Shown: positions 25,907 through 39,475, counted from the stretch's first letter. The stretch: 63,333 bases of DNA from Aplysia californica (GCF_000002075.1 NW_004797358.1:736539-799871), one strand, 5' to 3'. Numbers and translations are program-made. Notes: generated from the letters alone by a model not told the origin.

Positions 25907-26281
25907 GTTTGTAGATAACTTGGGGTATATTATCAAAACCTTTTTTTTATACTTGCAAACAGCATGCAATTTTTTAAATCAAAAACTATTTTTATTATGT
26001 TCGAAAATGTGATTTTTTAAAAGTCTGTGTGTTTCCGTGAAGTTAGAAAAGCAAACATGATAGAAAGTAGTTAAATTATCTCATCTGGACTTTAAAATTG
26101 ATACGATTTTATGTGTGTTGCTTGGGTTTTCTTGCTAGGAAAATCTACAAAATAACAGCTTCCACAAACACAACTTTTTGTTTGTTGGGGTGAATATTAT
26201 AAACACGTTAGTGCCTGTGTGAAGAGCAAATGTTATCCTTACCTATCTCATGCAGTGTGACTGTTCTGTCCTTTCCTCCAG

Positions 26282-26456
26282 GTGAATGGCTCATGCAGCT
26301 GTAAACAGGGCTGGACAGGAGCTACTTGTGATGTAGATGAGGATGAGTGTGATTCAGACCCATGCCCAGACAATGCAACGTGCCAGAACACACCAGGCAG
26401 CTTCGTTTGCTCCTGTAACCCAGGCTACTCAAAATCTAACAACAATTCCTGCACTG
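26282..26456 (+). CDS. EGF-gene exon 20: end of MEGF-type EGF plus cbEGF (VNGSCSCKQGWTG...DEDECDSDPC)
   Basis: tccag|GTG ... G|gtaagg; phase 0 to phase 1. Confidence 0.92.
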
Positions 26457-26771
26457 GTAAGGGGAAGACATATTGCTCTTTGTCTTTTATATTGATGCTC
26501 TGAAATGTTACAGTTTTGTTTCCCATACATGGTTCTGTGTGTAGCAGCACAAGAAAATCCTTCACATTGGACAAAATGTGCACACTGAGATATGCACATA
26601 TTCTGTTTTAGGCCATATTTCTAGGTAATTTGCCTTTTTTGTTTTCATGCCAACACCTCAGGGTTCAAAAGTTATGAGCTTTTGAACGACAAAGTGCAGT
26701 GACAGAATACATGGGAAAGAATGACATTTTAAGTCAAAGATGGTCATCTGTTGGATTTAGGGTATGGTTAA

Positions 26772-28611
26772 CTCATTCTTTACGCCAAGCCGTGTAGCAG
26801 CAGCATGGCTAAAGTGACTTCTGTACGACAAGCCGCCCCCGACCTATAATTTTAGCTTAGATTTTATTCCAATTGACATATCTATGTGAAAATAAAGGTT
26901 ATAACGTTGACTTCTGGGTCAAGCGTTTCCACCGAAAATCGGAAGTTTTGATTCAGTTTAGAAACGTGATTTCGAAGTTTATGCGACTTTGTTTTATCGC
27001 AATGCCTAAATTATAGCCCAGACACCAGTCTTAGTACCTTTACGCAGCTAAATGTATCATTATTTTGCTTACTAAAAAATTGTAAGACTCTTATTTAGAA
27101 TATTGATACTCTTGGACTCAAATTGCCGTTGTTCTGTTATTGAAAAATCAATACATTTTTCAGTGCTAGATCTAGATCTAGATCTAAATTGTCAAAATAA
27201 TTTTTCCTTCCGAAAATCACTGTTTTTCTAAGAAATTACACGAAGAGCACTATTCAAGACCTGAGTAGGTTTTTTCCAAATGCAATTCTGAATAATTCCA
27301 TATAAGATACGAGTGATATAAAAAAAGACATTTTTTTCAATTCAGATGTTATGATCCAAATGTTCAAACTTTTTGGAATGTATGTAAATAACTGCAAATT
27401 TTTCAATATTTTCCTGTTCTATGTTCATTTATATGGTTATTTTGATGTATCATTTGACTATAGGGGCAAACAAATTTTATTGAGTTGCACGAAAGATGAT
27501 TAACTCTAGTCCTGCGGGGTTAACCGGAAGAGGGCTCTTATCGATCGATGACCCACTTACGTCGCCTGCGGGCTTGTGCCGCGGGGCACCGGGGTCAGAC
27601 ACTGGTCACGCGAGCGTGCCGCGGCTGGTCAGGGAAACACCTCATCTTTTATTGCAAACTGATACGATCAATGAATAAGTGTTACGATCACACGAATAAT
27701 CCCATTATCTCCTAGTCGGTTGATCAGAGACGCTGAGATTGGAATTTACACCAAATCGAATAACTTTTCCAGAGTTTTCCAGATTTCACACCTATTATGA
27801 ATGAACTTGCGAACAACTGCTTATCAGCTATCGTTCGAAAGAGGAAAAAAATGGGATAGTTTCCGAAGATTTTTTTTATTCAGTTGCTCTCAAATTTCTC
27901 CCTCTGGTAGGACAATGGTTCAAAAACCACCAAATATGATTATTTACATCAGGAAACAACGTTTGGTGTAAGAATTACATCATTTTAAAAGTGAGGAAAG
28001 GTGTTTGCATTGAAAGATGAAAGTCCTATTTCCTGAATATCCTTTCGAGCTCCTCAAGTGTCAATTGGGTCAAAATGCTCATATTTCATTGGATGAACGT
28101 CTCAACCGACGCTCTGTTATCTCTACCAACGCCTGGCGTTGCAAAACAATGCAGTAAGTTCCAGATGGACACACAGGCACAAGCAGATTGACGCACACAC
28201 ATTTTAGCACACAGATGCAGACCCCGCCCTAAACGAAATGCGTTGCCCGCGCGGGACGACGACTGATCAGGGACCAGCTGTGGAGCGCCGCGCAGGATTG
28301 CGCTTATCGGGCAAACATTTATCAGGGACCAGAATCTTAAGGGTTAATTTTTTATTTTGAAATTATATCCGCTTCCAAGCAAAATTGTGTTGCATAATCG
28401 CCGTTTACAGGAACCGAAGTTGAAAAATGCACATATAAAAATTACAGATGTATTCTACAAATAATACTGAACATTTTGGTGTATAATATGTTGATATTTA
28501 TTTGAATTTATGTGCCACCAAAGACCTTTGAACTGCACATTAGTCATCGTTTCATTTTGCCCTCCAGAAAAAAATTCGTCCATAAGCCCAAAATAATATG
28601 TAGCGAACGAG
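26772..28611 (+). mobile_element. piggyBac-like non-autonomous element, family B
   Basis: TTAA|ctca start homologous to 6631; the end tgtagcgaacgag is the inverted complement (1 mismatch) of ctcgtttgctaca at 6631. Confidence 0.75.
27504..28343 (+). mobile_element. Family A copy 2, flanked by TTAA on both sides, nested in a family B element
   Basis: TTAA at 27500-27503 and 28344-28347; homology to 9905-10745. Confidence 0.9.
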
Positions 28612-29517
28612 TTTTAAAAATATAAAACAAGCATCTTTGTACACAGATTTCACTTATGTTTTTAATTGGAAATGATACACAAGACCTGATCTGTCACAGA
28701 TGACTCTTTATTGACTTGAATCTCATATATATCTCAGAAACACCCCTAGCAAAAAGTGGCACATTTTGTTGGGCCGCCACACTTATGCATTTCAATCAGT
28801 TGAAGAAGATTGTTCAAATGTGTGCCTGAGAGTAGCCCTGCTCATTACACTAAAAGACATGGAGTGCCATGAAGAGACAAAATATATAAATCATAATATT
28901 TTAAGTAAAGGAGATGGTCATGCTTAAAGGGGCCTTGTGGCATACTGGAAAGATTCAAATGTGTGAGGACAAACATTCTATTCTTTTCATTTAGTGGTTT
29001 GCATAAAATTCTTGGAGTGTCGCCTTCAGTGTCACTAGAGGGTCTTTTATTTTGTCTTACGTAAATGTTTATGTCACTGTGATGGTGAAAAGAATGCTAT
29101 TGTCATCATCATCAAACTGTATATGGACTAGGCAGTTTATTTTCTCTTTCCTCAAACATTTATGTCTTCAATTTGCTCAATCTTGTGTCCTAGTCTGTGT
29201 TTACAAACACAAAAGCTTGAATAAGTCTGCTCCTCTCCAAACAGACCTCGGAGTCTGCAAGATTTTTCTTTGGTTCTCCAACCACCAGCAAAGATCCATC
29301 CCTGTTTTATTTCTGTGCATTTTAAAGTGCACATCTGTGTTCATATGTGGAGATTGAGAATGGATATTATAGATGCCGTTTTTTTAATGTCTGTTAAACA
29401 AACAAGAAGTTTATCTTCACCTAACTCTTCTCACTAATTATAAATTTACATTTATTTAACATCATCTCTTGTCATTCTACCCTTTAACTTCTGGAGGCAT
29501 GTGATTAATGAACAAAT

Positions 29518-29521
<4 letters not shown>

Positions 29522-29571
<50 letters not shown>

Positions 29572-29630
29572 TCCCTCTCCATCTCCCTCTCCCTCTCCCT
29601 CTCCCCCCTCTTTCTCTTTTCTTCTCTCTC
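29522..29630. repeat. (CT)n / (CTCCCT)n microsatellite
   Basis: Read directly. Confidence 0.95.
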
Positions 29631-29993
29631 ATAAATATTACTATTGATTGGGCACCATTCAAACATTTGCGTTAAGTGAAAATTAAGAATTGCAAAATCA
29701 CCATGCCAGTGCAGAAGAAATCTAGGAACTTTGAGAACCTACTTTTAGTGGCTTGTTCCTTGAAACAGACAGGAAGCAATATTGTTTGAAATGTTGGCAA
29801 AACTGTGTATGTAATAACTACTACCTCACCGATTAAGTAATTTAATGCCCCTGCTGGTCCCAATGTCTCCAAGCAGGGAAGTGGCAGAGTTTTAATGAGT
29901 CACCTCAAGGAAAAGGCATAGCATGATGCAAAAAGTAACACCTTGAGTGATGACTAATGTGACTTGAAATAAAAAATCCACACAAATGATATG

Positions 29994-30171
29994 CAGTCCA
30001 ACCTGCTCTAACAGCCGCCTGTCCAAAACGATCAAATTGTATGAAGACCATTTCCAACTTCCTTCCTGACATTTTTGCTGCATTATAATAACACTGTCCT
30101 GGACATCCACTTGTCTAAGACAACCGCTTTTCTTCTCGACAATGGGTGGCTGTCTTGGACAGTTTTGACTG
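29994..30171. mobile_element. Tc1/mariner (pogo/Tigger-type) MITE remnant
   Basis: cagtccaacctg ... cagttttgactg|TA termini; related fragment at about 19980-20052. Confidence 0.55.
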
Positions 30172-30241
30172 TAATTTCTTTTTCTTGCATTCAGGGGGGA
30201 GAAAAACACTGACTCTGTTGTGTATGTTCCTGTTGTCTCAG

Positions 30242-30435
30242 TTTGCAGTCCCGGCACTTACGGACAAGAATGTAGACATCAGTGCAACTGTTCTGGGGAC
30301 AATACCTTGTCCTGTGACCCACAATTTGGCATCTGTTCCTGCAAGAAGGGCTGGGAAGGTCTCTCTTGTCATGTGGACATAAATGAGTGTGGGACGCCAG
30401 ATGACCAGTGCGCTGCTGCTAACAGGACACAATGG
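30242..30435 (+). CDS. EGF-gene exon 21: MEGF-type EGF plus start of cbEGF
   Basis: CSPGTYGQECRHQCNC...DINECG; ctcag|TT ... TGG|gtgagg. Confidence 0.9.
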
Positions 30436-31140
30436 GTGAGGTGGTTTGTTTCAGTTCAGTGGGGGCACACTCAAGATAATCTCATAATCTTACAGGGATG
30501 AAAGAGAAGGAATTATAATCAATAACAAATCAAATATTTCCTTTATTTAGAGACATTTTTTTTCTAGTTCAAGATTATGTTGAGATACACTCAAAGGCCT
30601 GATCTCTAATATATTGCAGTCTTCTAAAAAAAATTAGTTTTTAGAAGAGTCACTCATCCTATTAAGCACAAACATTTTTTTAGTTTTGGATCTCCCATGG
30701 TGAGTGTCTGTAGTATATGTTTTGCTACACTGGACCGTCAGTCACTAGATTAGCATGAAAGAGAGGTGTACTGAAGAGTTAAGTAAGAAGAAAAGATTTT
30801 AGCCCCCATGTCAAACGGTCAAAAAGGTTGTAACAAATTCATATTATCCTGTTTCCGGCTTGGGACATCTTGATTTGATGACACTTCAGAAGCAAGTATT
30901 ATTTGTGAATGATTTAGAATGTAACCCTCTACACCTGGGTCACTAAGAATTTAGTTTGATGTTTGACCATCAGGATACAAAGAATTTTCTTAGTGACATA
31001 TGTGTATTTAAAGAATGAGATGATATTATTCACTTTGAGGTTGGTACTCAGTACTCCTCTAATCAAGTGTCTTCTCTAAGTGAGTAAACCCAATGTCTTT
31101 GTTGGGGGGGGGGGGTTGTTGTTGTTTTTAGGGGGTAAGT

Positions 31141-31631
31141 GTTTTATGGCGCTCACAATTGCTTACGGTCATATGAGCATGCGGGACACATTAAACATTT
31201 TCAGTTGGCAAGAAGTTTTGAATTTTGCACAGGTGGCGGCCGATGCCTACTCTTATCAATTTTGAACCATCAAGGGATGTTTAACTTGGGCAACTTGCAC
31301 TTGAGAACTCTGAGATTTTTCATTCTCATCCAAGATGGCTAGGTGTTGCATCTTGCCTACCATAAGACAGCAGTAAGAAGGAGCCAAGGAGTAGATGTAG
31401 AAAGGCTGCAGCAAGAGTCAGGAGCCCAGAGGAGGGATCGAGGGGGAGAGGGGCAGACAGTGGAGACGAAAGCATTTGACATAACATTGTTAGAGAGCAG
31501 GAAAGAAGGTGAAAGCAGAAAAGAAGGTGAAAGGAGGAAATTTTAGAGAAGAAAATGTTCCGTTGCTGTCCAAATTCGAACCTTGAACCTATTGAAGGAG
31601 AGGCAAACATCGTAACCTCTCGAACACGAAC
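31141..31631 (-). mobile_element. SINE family 1 copy
   Basis: Reverse complement aligns by eye with 51110-51620 from head to tail. Confidence 0.8.
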
Positions 31632-32255
31632 CCCCCCCCCCCCCCCCCTCCCCTCCGCAAAAAAAAACTGTTAGAAAAAGTAAGAAAATGTACAATCTTT
31701 AAAAAATGAAACCGTTTTGTGTTTTTTTGTCTTTAAAAATTTACTTTTTTTATAGACTTAGAACAGTTCAACAGCTTTCAGACGATATACATTTATGAAT
31801 TTTATTTAAGTTTAATCAGAGTCTGCTGATTTCTGGTTCAGTGGCTCATATTGAAAACTATATAATGTTGTACATTGATCTCTTCCTTCATTATGTTGAC
31901 TCGAATTAAATTGTGCAGACAGAAGGACAAACGAGGTTTGCAGTCCAGCAATTGTGAGGCAGAAAAACAGAAAGTATTATTTCCTAAGTTGTTACAAAAT
32001 AACCTGTAAAATTTTATGTCGACAGTAGGGATGCCACCTTTTCTATAATTCCAGAAATTCTGAAAGTACAGCACATTTCAGATTTTCTCCCTTTGACTTA
32101 GTATTCCAGCTTTAAGTTTAGATTTTAATCTGTGATATTTGTATTTTTCCATAATCTTTTTATTTGTGCTTACAATCTTACAAGACATGGAATTTTTGCC
32201 AGGTAAAGATAACCTTCTATTGCCTCTTTTTTAAAGTCCTTTTTTGTTTCCACAG

Positions 32256-32331
32256 ATATGTGTCAATGATCCTGGTTCCTTTCACTGTGAGTGTGAGTCT
32301 GGCTTCATTGATGCGAGCAACGTTTGCAATG
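32256..32331 (+). CDS. EGF-gene exon 22: second half of cbEGF (ICVNDPGSFHCECESGF)
   Basis: cacag|ATA ... G|gtaggt. Confidence 0.88.
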
Positions 32332-34055
32332 GTAGGTGGCACATAGGTTTAGGTGTTATAAAAAATTTCTACTCTGTAGGAATCACAGAAATATAACATT
32401 ATGAATGTTATTATTTGAGGAGATGACTTCTCATTTCTTCTCCCTTGAGGGCACAACGAGACTTCCCTGATGGAGAGCTGACGTTGGTGTTTGCTACATT
32501 GGTTCAGGTTTAGTGGTTTGCTGTTGGCTGGGTTTTTTCTTCAAGAAACTGGGATTTTTTTATGAATGTGTTCCTCCCCATTCTTTATGTTTCCAAGTAA
32601 CTGTAATTCAAAAGCAAAATAAAAAACGAAACATTTGTAATTTCTTTTAAGCTTCATGTGTAGAGTGGAGTTGTTGAGAGAAGGAGAAAATGAAAACAAT
32701 AAAAGACAGTTCACTTGGTTGGGTGCTTCTCTTGTGGCAACTCAGTCATGGTTTGTTTTTGTATTCATGTATGTGTGTGTGTGTGTTTATCTGTCTGTGT
32801 CTGTCTGTGTGGGGGTGTGGGGGTGTGGGTGTGTCTTTGTGTTTTTATGTATGTGTGCATGTGCATGTTTGTATTTATCATGTCACAGCAAATTTCTTTG
32901 GGTGGAGATCTATGAAATATTATCCTGTCTCATCTTAAAGTAAAACTGTGTGTTGTTTATCTTGGTTACTTTAGTTGGGGTTTTGTATGTCATGTTGGTG
33001 GGGAAGGTTGAAAGGGATTACTTTATTTTTTCTCATGAAGAACAGTTCAGATTTCATAGCACAGTTCATTGTCATCTGGAGTGTAAAGTTTGAGATCTTT
33101 GTCTTGTTACAAAATAAATGAGTTCTATTTTTTCATTCAGAAGAAGTTCTATTTCAAAGTGTCTCCATCTTTGTGATAGGTTTTATTACCAAATGTGAGG
33201 TATCATGCATCATGACATCAGGCGCTCATCAAAATAATGAAATTGAAGAAACAGGAACGTTTCCACCTGTTTGGCAATTTTTATGAACTTTTCATGTGTC
33301 CACAAATAAAAACACATTTCCATGTGAAATTCACAGAAACACGTTGATTAAATGCATAAAATATTTAATTTTATCATTTTCAAGGACTCTCAAGCTATTG
33401 AAATGTAGAACTTTGGCACCCAGTTTCTTGCTAATTTTACCACCGAAACCATGGGACCCCTTCTCCTTCAATCGCAAATATCTTGACTTTTATTCAAGAT
33501 AGATGGGTAGTTTTTTTCATTGAAAGAAACAAATAAGCTTCAAGATGATACCAGTGACTCCATATGCCCAAAAATTGATGAACACCGGACACAAATTACT
33601 ATTGTTTTGCTGTTTTTATATAATGCCATATGTTTTACAGCTGTCCTTTGATTATGTATTCTTCCAGCGCTATCCATAATTTGTTTCGGACAACTCTATT
33701 GAAGGCCTTTTATTTGTCCACAATGACAGTGTTTAGTTCTTGATCATAATCTGTTGTTTTTGTGTGAATATTGCATCTGTGCAACTGTTCCCTTTCCTGA
33801 ATACAATTTGTTCTCTGCCAAACTGAATTTCAAGCGGAGGTCTTTTCCTTTATTCTAATATCTTTGCGTGTAGCCTATCTTCTCAGTATGACTAAGTAGG
33901 GCGTTTCCCCTGATTGTCTATGTGATGGCAGCATTTTGGCAGACCTCTGTGGTCATTTCAACAATCCCTGGTGATTTGTTGTTTGGGTTTGGGTTTTTTT
34001 GTTTGGTGTTTTTTTTTGGGGGGGTCTCTTTTTTCTGTTGTCTGATCACCTGATA

Positions 34056-37000
34056 GATGTGCCAGTGAAGGATAAATAAGGATAAAGAGGGAAAGCTTCT
34101 CACAAATCCAGACGATCAGAAAGAATGCTGGAAGGAGCATTTCAAAGAGCTACTGAACAGACTGAGGCCAGAAAAATAGTTTGACATTCCACCAGCAGAG
34201 ATTGACGTGGGGGTGAGTGAAGAAAAGCCTAGTTTAGAAGAGATCAAGAAGGCGATAAGACACCAGAAAGCAGGCCAGGCAGCCAGCCCAGATGGAATTC
34301 CCCCAGAAGTTCTCGAGGCGGATATTGACACTGCGGCAGGGATTCTTCATGGAATTATTGGCAAGATATGGGACAGCGAAGAATTTACACAGGATTGGAG
34401 AGAGGGATTGCTCATGAAACTACCCAAGAAAGGATACCTGCATGAGTGTAAAAACTACAGAGGAATCATGCTCCTGTCCATTCCTGGGAAGATTTTAAGT
34501 CGTACTATACTGGAAAGACTGAAGGAAGCCGTGTATACAAAACTAAGAGAGAAGCAGGCAAGATTTCGTAAAAAGAGATCATGTACAGATCAGATTGCAA
34601 CTTTGAGGATAATAGTTGAGCAGTCCAAAGAGTGGAACTCTTCCCTGTACGTTAACTTTGTTGACTACGAGAAAGCTTTTGACAGCCTAGATAGGGACTC
34701 CGTATGGAAGCTCATGCACCACCACGGAATACCTGACAAGTTCGTGAGATTGATCAAGAAGATGTATGAGGGAATGTGTCTTACTTGGAGGACAGTGGAC
34801 AAACTCGTTTGAAGTGAATACAGGAGGGAGACAGGGATGCCTGCGATTGCCTTTTCTCTTTTTATTAGTAGTGGATTGGATAATGAGAGGACAACGCGGT
34901 GGCATACAGTGGACCCTTTCCAGTCAGTTGGAAGACTTGGACTTTGCAGATGACTTGGCACTTCTTTCTCACAGTCGAGCCCAGATGCAACAGAAAACAG
35001 ATCACCTCAGGACCTTCTCCCGTAGTGTTGGACTCCATATTCACATGGATAAAACGAAAGTTCTATGAATGAATGCAGCCAACGCTCCTATCACACTGCA
35101 AGGGGCACCATTGGCGGATGTTGAATCCTTCACCTACCTGGGAAGTGTCATCAACAAGGCAGAGGGAACAGAAGAAGACATCAAGGTCAGAATCCAAAAG
35201 GCAAGAGCAGCCTTCATCATTCTCAGGAATACATGGATGTCTAAGGAACTGGGATTGAACACCAAGCTGAGGATCTTCAAAACAAACGTGAAGACTGTTT
35301 TACTGTATGGTTCAGAGACATGGAGGCTCACAGTACCAGCAGCAAGGAAACTGCAGAGCTTCGTAAATGGATGCCTACAAAGGATAAACAGGGCAAGTAG
35401 TCTAACTGAGGCCAATAGACTCTTCATAAACAAGGCTAAGCATGAAGAAAAAGCCCCTACCGTGAACAACACCCTTTTTGAGGAGGATTTCAGCATGATG
35501 GAACTTGGACAGGCCCTCAAAAAATTAAAGTAAAAGAAAGCCCTAGGACCAGACAAAATACACAACGAAATGCTGTGCAACCTTGGTGATAAAGGAAAAG
35601 ATGTCATACGCCGCTTAGTAAATACCACATGGAGAACGAGTGGAATACCAATGCATGGAGGATCGCCCAGATCATACTACTCCTAAAGAAGGGGAAACCA
35701 CCTGGAGAAGCGAAGAGCTACCGACCTATATCACTAACATCATGTATCGGTAAGCTTGCCGAAAGAAGGGTGAACAACCGCCTTTACTGGTACCTGGAAA
35801 ACTCCAACACCTTGAACCCACACCAAGCAGGCTTTAGAAAAGGCAGCAACACAGAAGACTAACTTTTCAAACTAAGTCAAGACATCCAGGATGGTTTCCA
35901 GGAGACTAAACACACTGTTGCCACTTTGTAGATCTCCAACAGGCGTATGACAGAGTGTGGAGAAAAGGCCTACTCATGAAAATGATGGACCTCGGGATAC
36001 ACGGGAAACTTTATAAATGGATCAAGTTTTTCCTAGCGGATCGAAACATCGAAACAAAGGTGAACAATGCCCACTCGTCAAGAGAAGTACTCGAGGAGGG
36101 CCTACTACCCCAAGGTTCCTGTCTGAGTTGCACTTTGTTCCTGATCTTCATTAATGATGTAACGAACGTGCTGAAATCAGAAAAGACTCTACGCTGATGA
36201 TCTTGCTCTCTGACAGACACATCACAGCACGGTAGTAGGAGCAGGAAAATTAAATGAAGACCTCAAGAAGCTCCACAATTACTGTCAGAAATGGAAGCTC
36301 AAAATAAACTGCTCGAAAACAGTATACACCATCTTTACAAAGAGCCATAAAACAGCCGAAGAAAAACTCCAACTGAAGATAGGAAATGAAAATCTCCCCA
36401 AAGAAGAACAACCAACGTATCTAGGAGTCAAACTTGACCAAAGTCTAACAATGAAAAGCCAAGTGGAGAGCATAAAGAACAAGGCGAAAAGAAGACTCCA
36501 ACTTTTAAAGAAACTCGCGAGCAGTTCATGGGGATCAGACAAACAAACTCTGAGAGCTCTATACCTTGGTTATGTCCGATCTTCCCTGGAATACAGCAAT
36601 AGCCTACTCACTATGTGTAGTGCAACAACTTGCAATACCCTTGACAAGGTCCAAAATAATGCCCTTTGTTTCATAAATAGTGGCATGAGATCTACACCTA
36701 CTGCCGCATGTGAAATTCTGTCAAATGTTGAACCCCTGGGAATACACAGAGATAAAGCAGTTTTGGAGCTTCATGAAAAAACCAAAAGAATGTGCCCCAA
36801 CCACCCAAACAGGAAATTAGTAGAAACATGGAAACCAAACAAACGACTTCAACAAAAATCAGTCATGCATCGCATCACAGAACTAATGGACAGCCACCAC
36901 CTACCACAAAACAGAAGAGAAACCAAAAGAGTCAACCAAAACATCCCTCCCCACATTTCTATGGAAAAACCAATCATTAAAACTTCTCTCAGAGACAATA

Positions 37001-38341
37001 GCACAAAATCTTCAGACCCAGTGAAGTTGATGCTTGCATCACATCAAACAATCGACAGCTATTCAGATGACTGGATACACGTCTATACAGACGGCTCAGC
37101 ATTCAAAAGCACAACCAAAGCCGGATATGGAATACTAATACAATACCCAGATGGAAGTTCCAATGAGATCTCTGCAGCCTGTGGAGAGAAATGCAACAAC
37201 TGCGACACAGAAATGATAGCAATTGAAACAGCACTATACCATCTCCGCACAGTTTTTGACACTCATCCAAACAAAACCCAGAGTATAGTGATCTTCACTG
37301 ACTCACTATCAGTCTTGCAAGCAATAGAAAATTATCACCATCTAAACGAAGACTTGACACATATACTGTTTGGCTCCCATCATCTGATAACATTCTGTGG
37401 CGTCAACCTGGTGATGCAGTGAATTCCCGGACACTCAAACATACCTGGAAATGACAGAGCAGACACACTCGCCAAAAGGGGATCTAGACAGGAACAACCC
37501 AACATTCCAACTTCATACAACACTGCAACACAAATCATTAAAAGCAACAGCAAACAAGATTGGATGAACAGATGGGCCTTGGGAAAGACAGGCAGAGCAG
37601 TTTTCAAACATATGACTACAACAAAACGAAATGACAATATCAACCACCTACAGAGAAAGAAACAGACCACGATCTTCCGCCTACGAACAGAACATATACA
37701 GCTCAACTTTCACTTGAACAGAATAAAACCAGAACTTCCCCCAACGTGTCCTTTGTGTGACTATGCATATGAGACAGTGGAACATCACCTTTTCCATTGT
37801 ACAGCCCTTAATGACATCAGAGCTACCCTTCTCCCTCCGAGACCTAACTTCGACAACACACTCTACGGAACATTACAGCAACTGCAGCAAACCTGCACTT
37901 ATCACTACATGGCATTGGACAGAAGGGCGAGAGCCCAGATGTTGCTGGATCGATAACAACAACAACAACAACAACAACAACAACGAAGGATAGTGGGGAT
38001 CAAGTGGTACGATCGAGTCATTAATGCTTAACTGTGGTAAAGAACGAGCCAAAAGGCCAGTAAAGGAAGACATACAGGTGAAGAAATGGAAATGGATTGG
38101 ACACACCCTGAGGAGACCCCCGACAAGCATCATCAGACAGGCTTTAACTTGGAACCCACAAGGAAAACATAAAAAGGGAAGACCAAAGATGACATGGAGG
38201 CGAGCGGTACAAGCAGAAATTGAAAAAGGGGGGACATCATGGAAACAGATAGAAAAGGATGCTCAGGACAGGCTTCACTGGAGTAATGCTGTTGATGGCC
38301 TGTGCTCCACTGGGAGTTAAAAAGGGCAAGAGAGAGAGAGA
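34056..38341 (+). mobile_element. 5'-truncated RTE-clade LINE with (GA)n tail, split by LINE copy 2
   Basis: RT motifs NYRGIMLLS, FVDYEKAFDS, DFADD, FTYLGS, LLYGSETW; C-terminal WKWIGHTLR...WNPQG...GRPKMTW; 12-bp TSD gatcacctgata at 34044-34055 and 38342-38353. Confidence 0.93.
35387..37982 (+). mobile_element. I-group LINE copy 2 (same family; longer 5' part, several stops and frameshifts), nested in an RTE
   Basis: Colinear and highly similar to 313-2424; (CAA)n tail; TSD ac(a/g)aaggata at 35377-35386 and 37983-37992. Confidence 0.93.
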
Positions 38342-39475
38342 GATCACCTGATAATATGGATGGCTCTTCAGTTTCCTTGTATTTCTGGGTAAAGTTTGAG
38401 GTTGTTTGGCTGTTTGATTTTGGTTGAGCTGCTTTTTAAAGCATTCTCCCCATCTTTCTTTTATTTTGTCTTTACAGGAAATTGATTTGCCTTCTTTTTT
38501 TTGTTAATGATGTGCGTAGGTTGGAACTCTTTATCTTTTATTTGCATGCTCTTAACACTTTTATAGATTTCCCTTAAGATTATTGCCTCTTTTCAAATAT
38601 TCGACAGGTGTCCTCCATATTTGGTCCACCAATCTTTCTTGGCAGTTTATAGGCCCTACCATTCATTTTACATCATGTCTTGTCTTGCGGTATGTTACAT
38701 AATCCTTTTATGTCTTTGAGTTGCTCGCACTGTTTCAAAAGTTTCTTCAGTATGGCAAATTTTGTGCCTTCATTACTGCAATAGCAACCTCTTGAGCAAA
38801 CCCATATCATACTTCACCCAACCCCAGCAATCCCCTACTTTGTCTGTTACCTTCTCCCACAACATGGACAAGAAACCCTGGTTCTTGGGCAGACGTCTGG
38901 ATTAGACTTTGGAAGATGTTACTCTTTAGTAACAACTCTATTCTTCCGCACTTATATGATCTATTTGTGCTGCAAGTGCCGTACAATTCTTACTTAAATT
39001 AAAACTAAGAGACATGCAGGGTCAAAGTAGTTTGCATTTTAAATGGTCTAAATTGTTTTGGTGATGGTGGAAATGATTTACAACTTATCAGAGCCTGTTA
39101 ACATCTATGTGAGTGTCTAGTTTGTCTTCTTTTTTTCAGTTTCCTTTTTATGTGAAGAGTGCTTTGTAATGTGTGTGAAGAGTTCTTGATAAGGTTTTTT
39201 TTTAATGCAATAAATGTCACACTCTTTGTTAATCTGAATATTTATGTTTGAATGTGATTCTGCACCAGGTGACCGGAACGGATAATTTTCACCACAAAGT
39301 GTTAAAGGTGGATTAGTATTACAGAAGTCAATTCTATTCTTTTGATTTTGACAAAGATGTGTTGTCTGCATGCTCCTCTGCAGTTTCTTATCATAGCCTT
39401 TTTTATCCTGGATGAGGGTATAGGCCATAGACAAACCCTTTCCACTTTTCAGTGCTAACTTCTTAACATTGTTTC

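Larger units (their letters stand above)
33640..38760 (-). mobile_element. Older, highly degenerate RTE-like LINE interrupted by the + strand RTE
   Basis: Minus-strand conceptual translation gives KDKIKERWGECFKKQLN (38.4 kb), KSPGIVEMTTE (33.95 kb) and FRKGNSCTDAIFT / VDK*KAFNRV.RNKLW (33.7-33.8 kb), in RT-domain order across the insertion; outer limits approximate. Confidence 0.72.
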
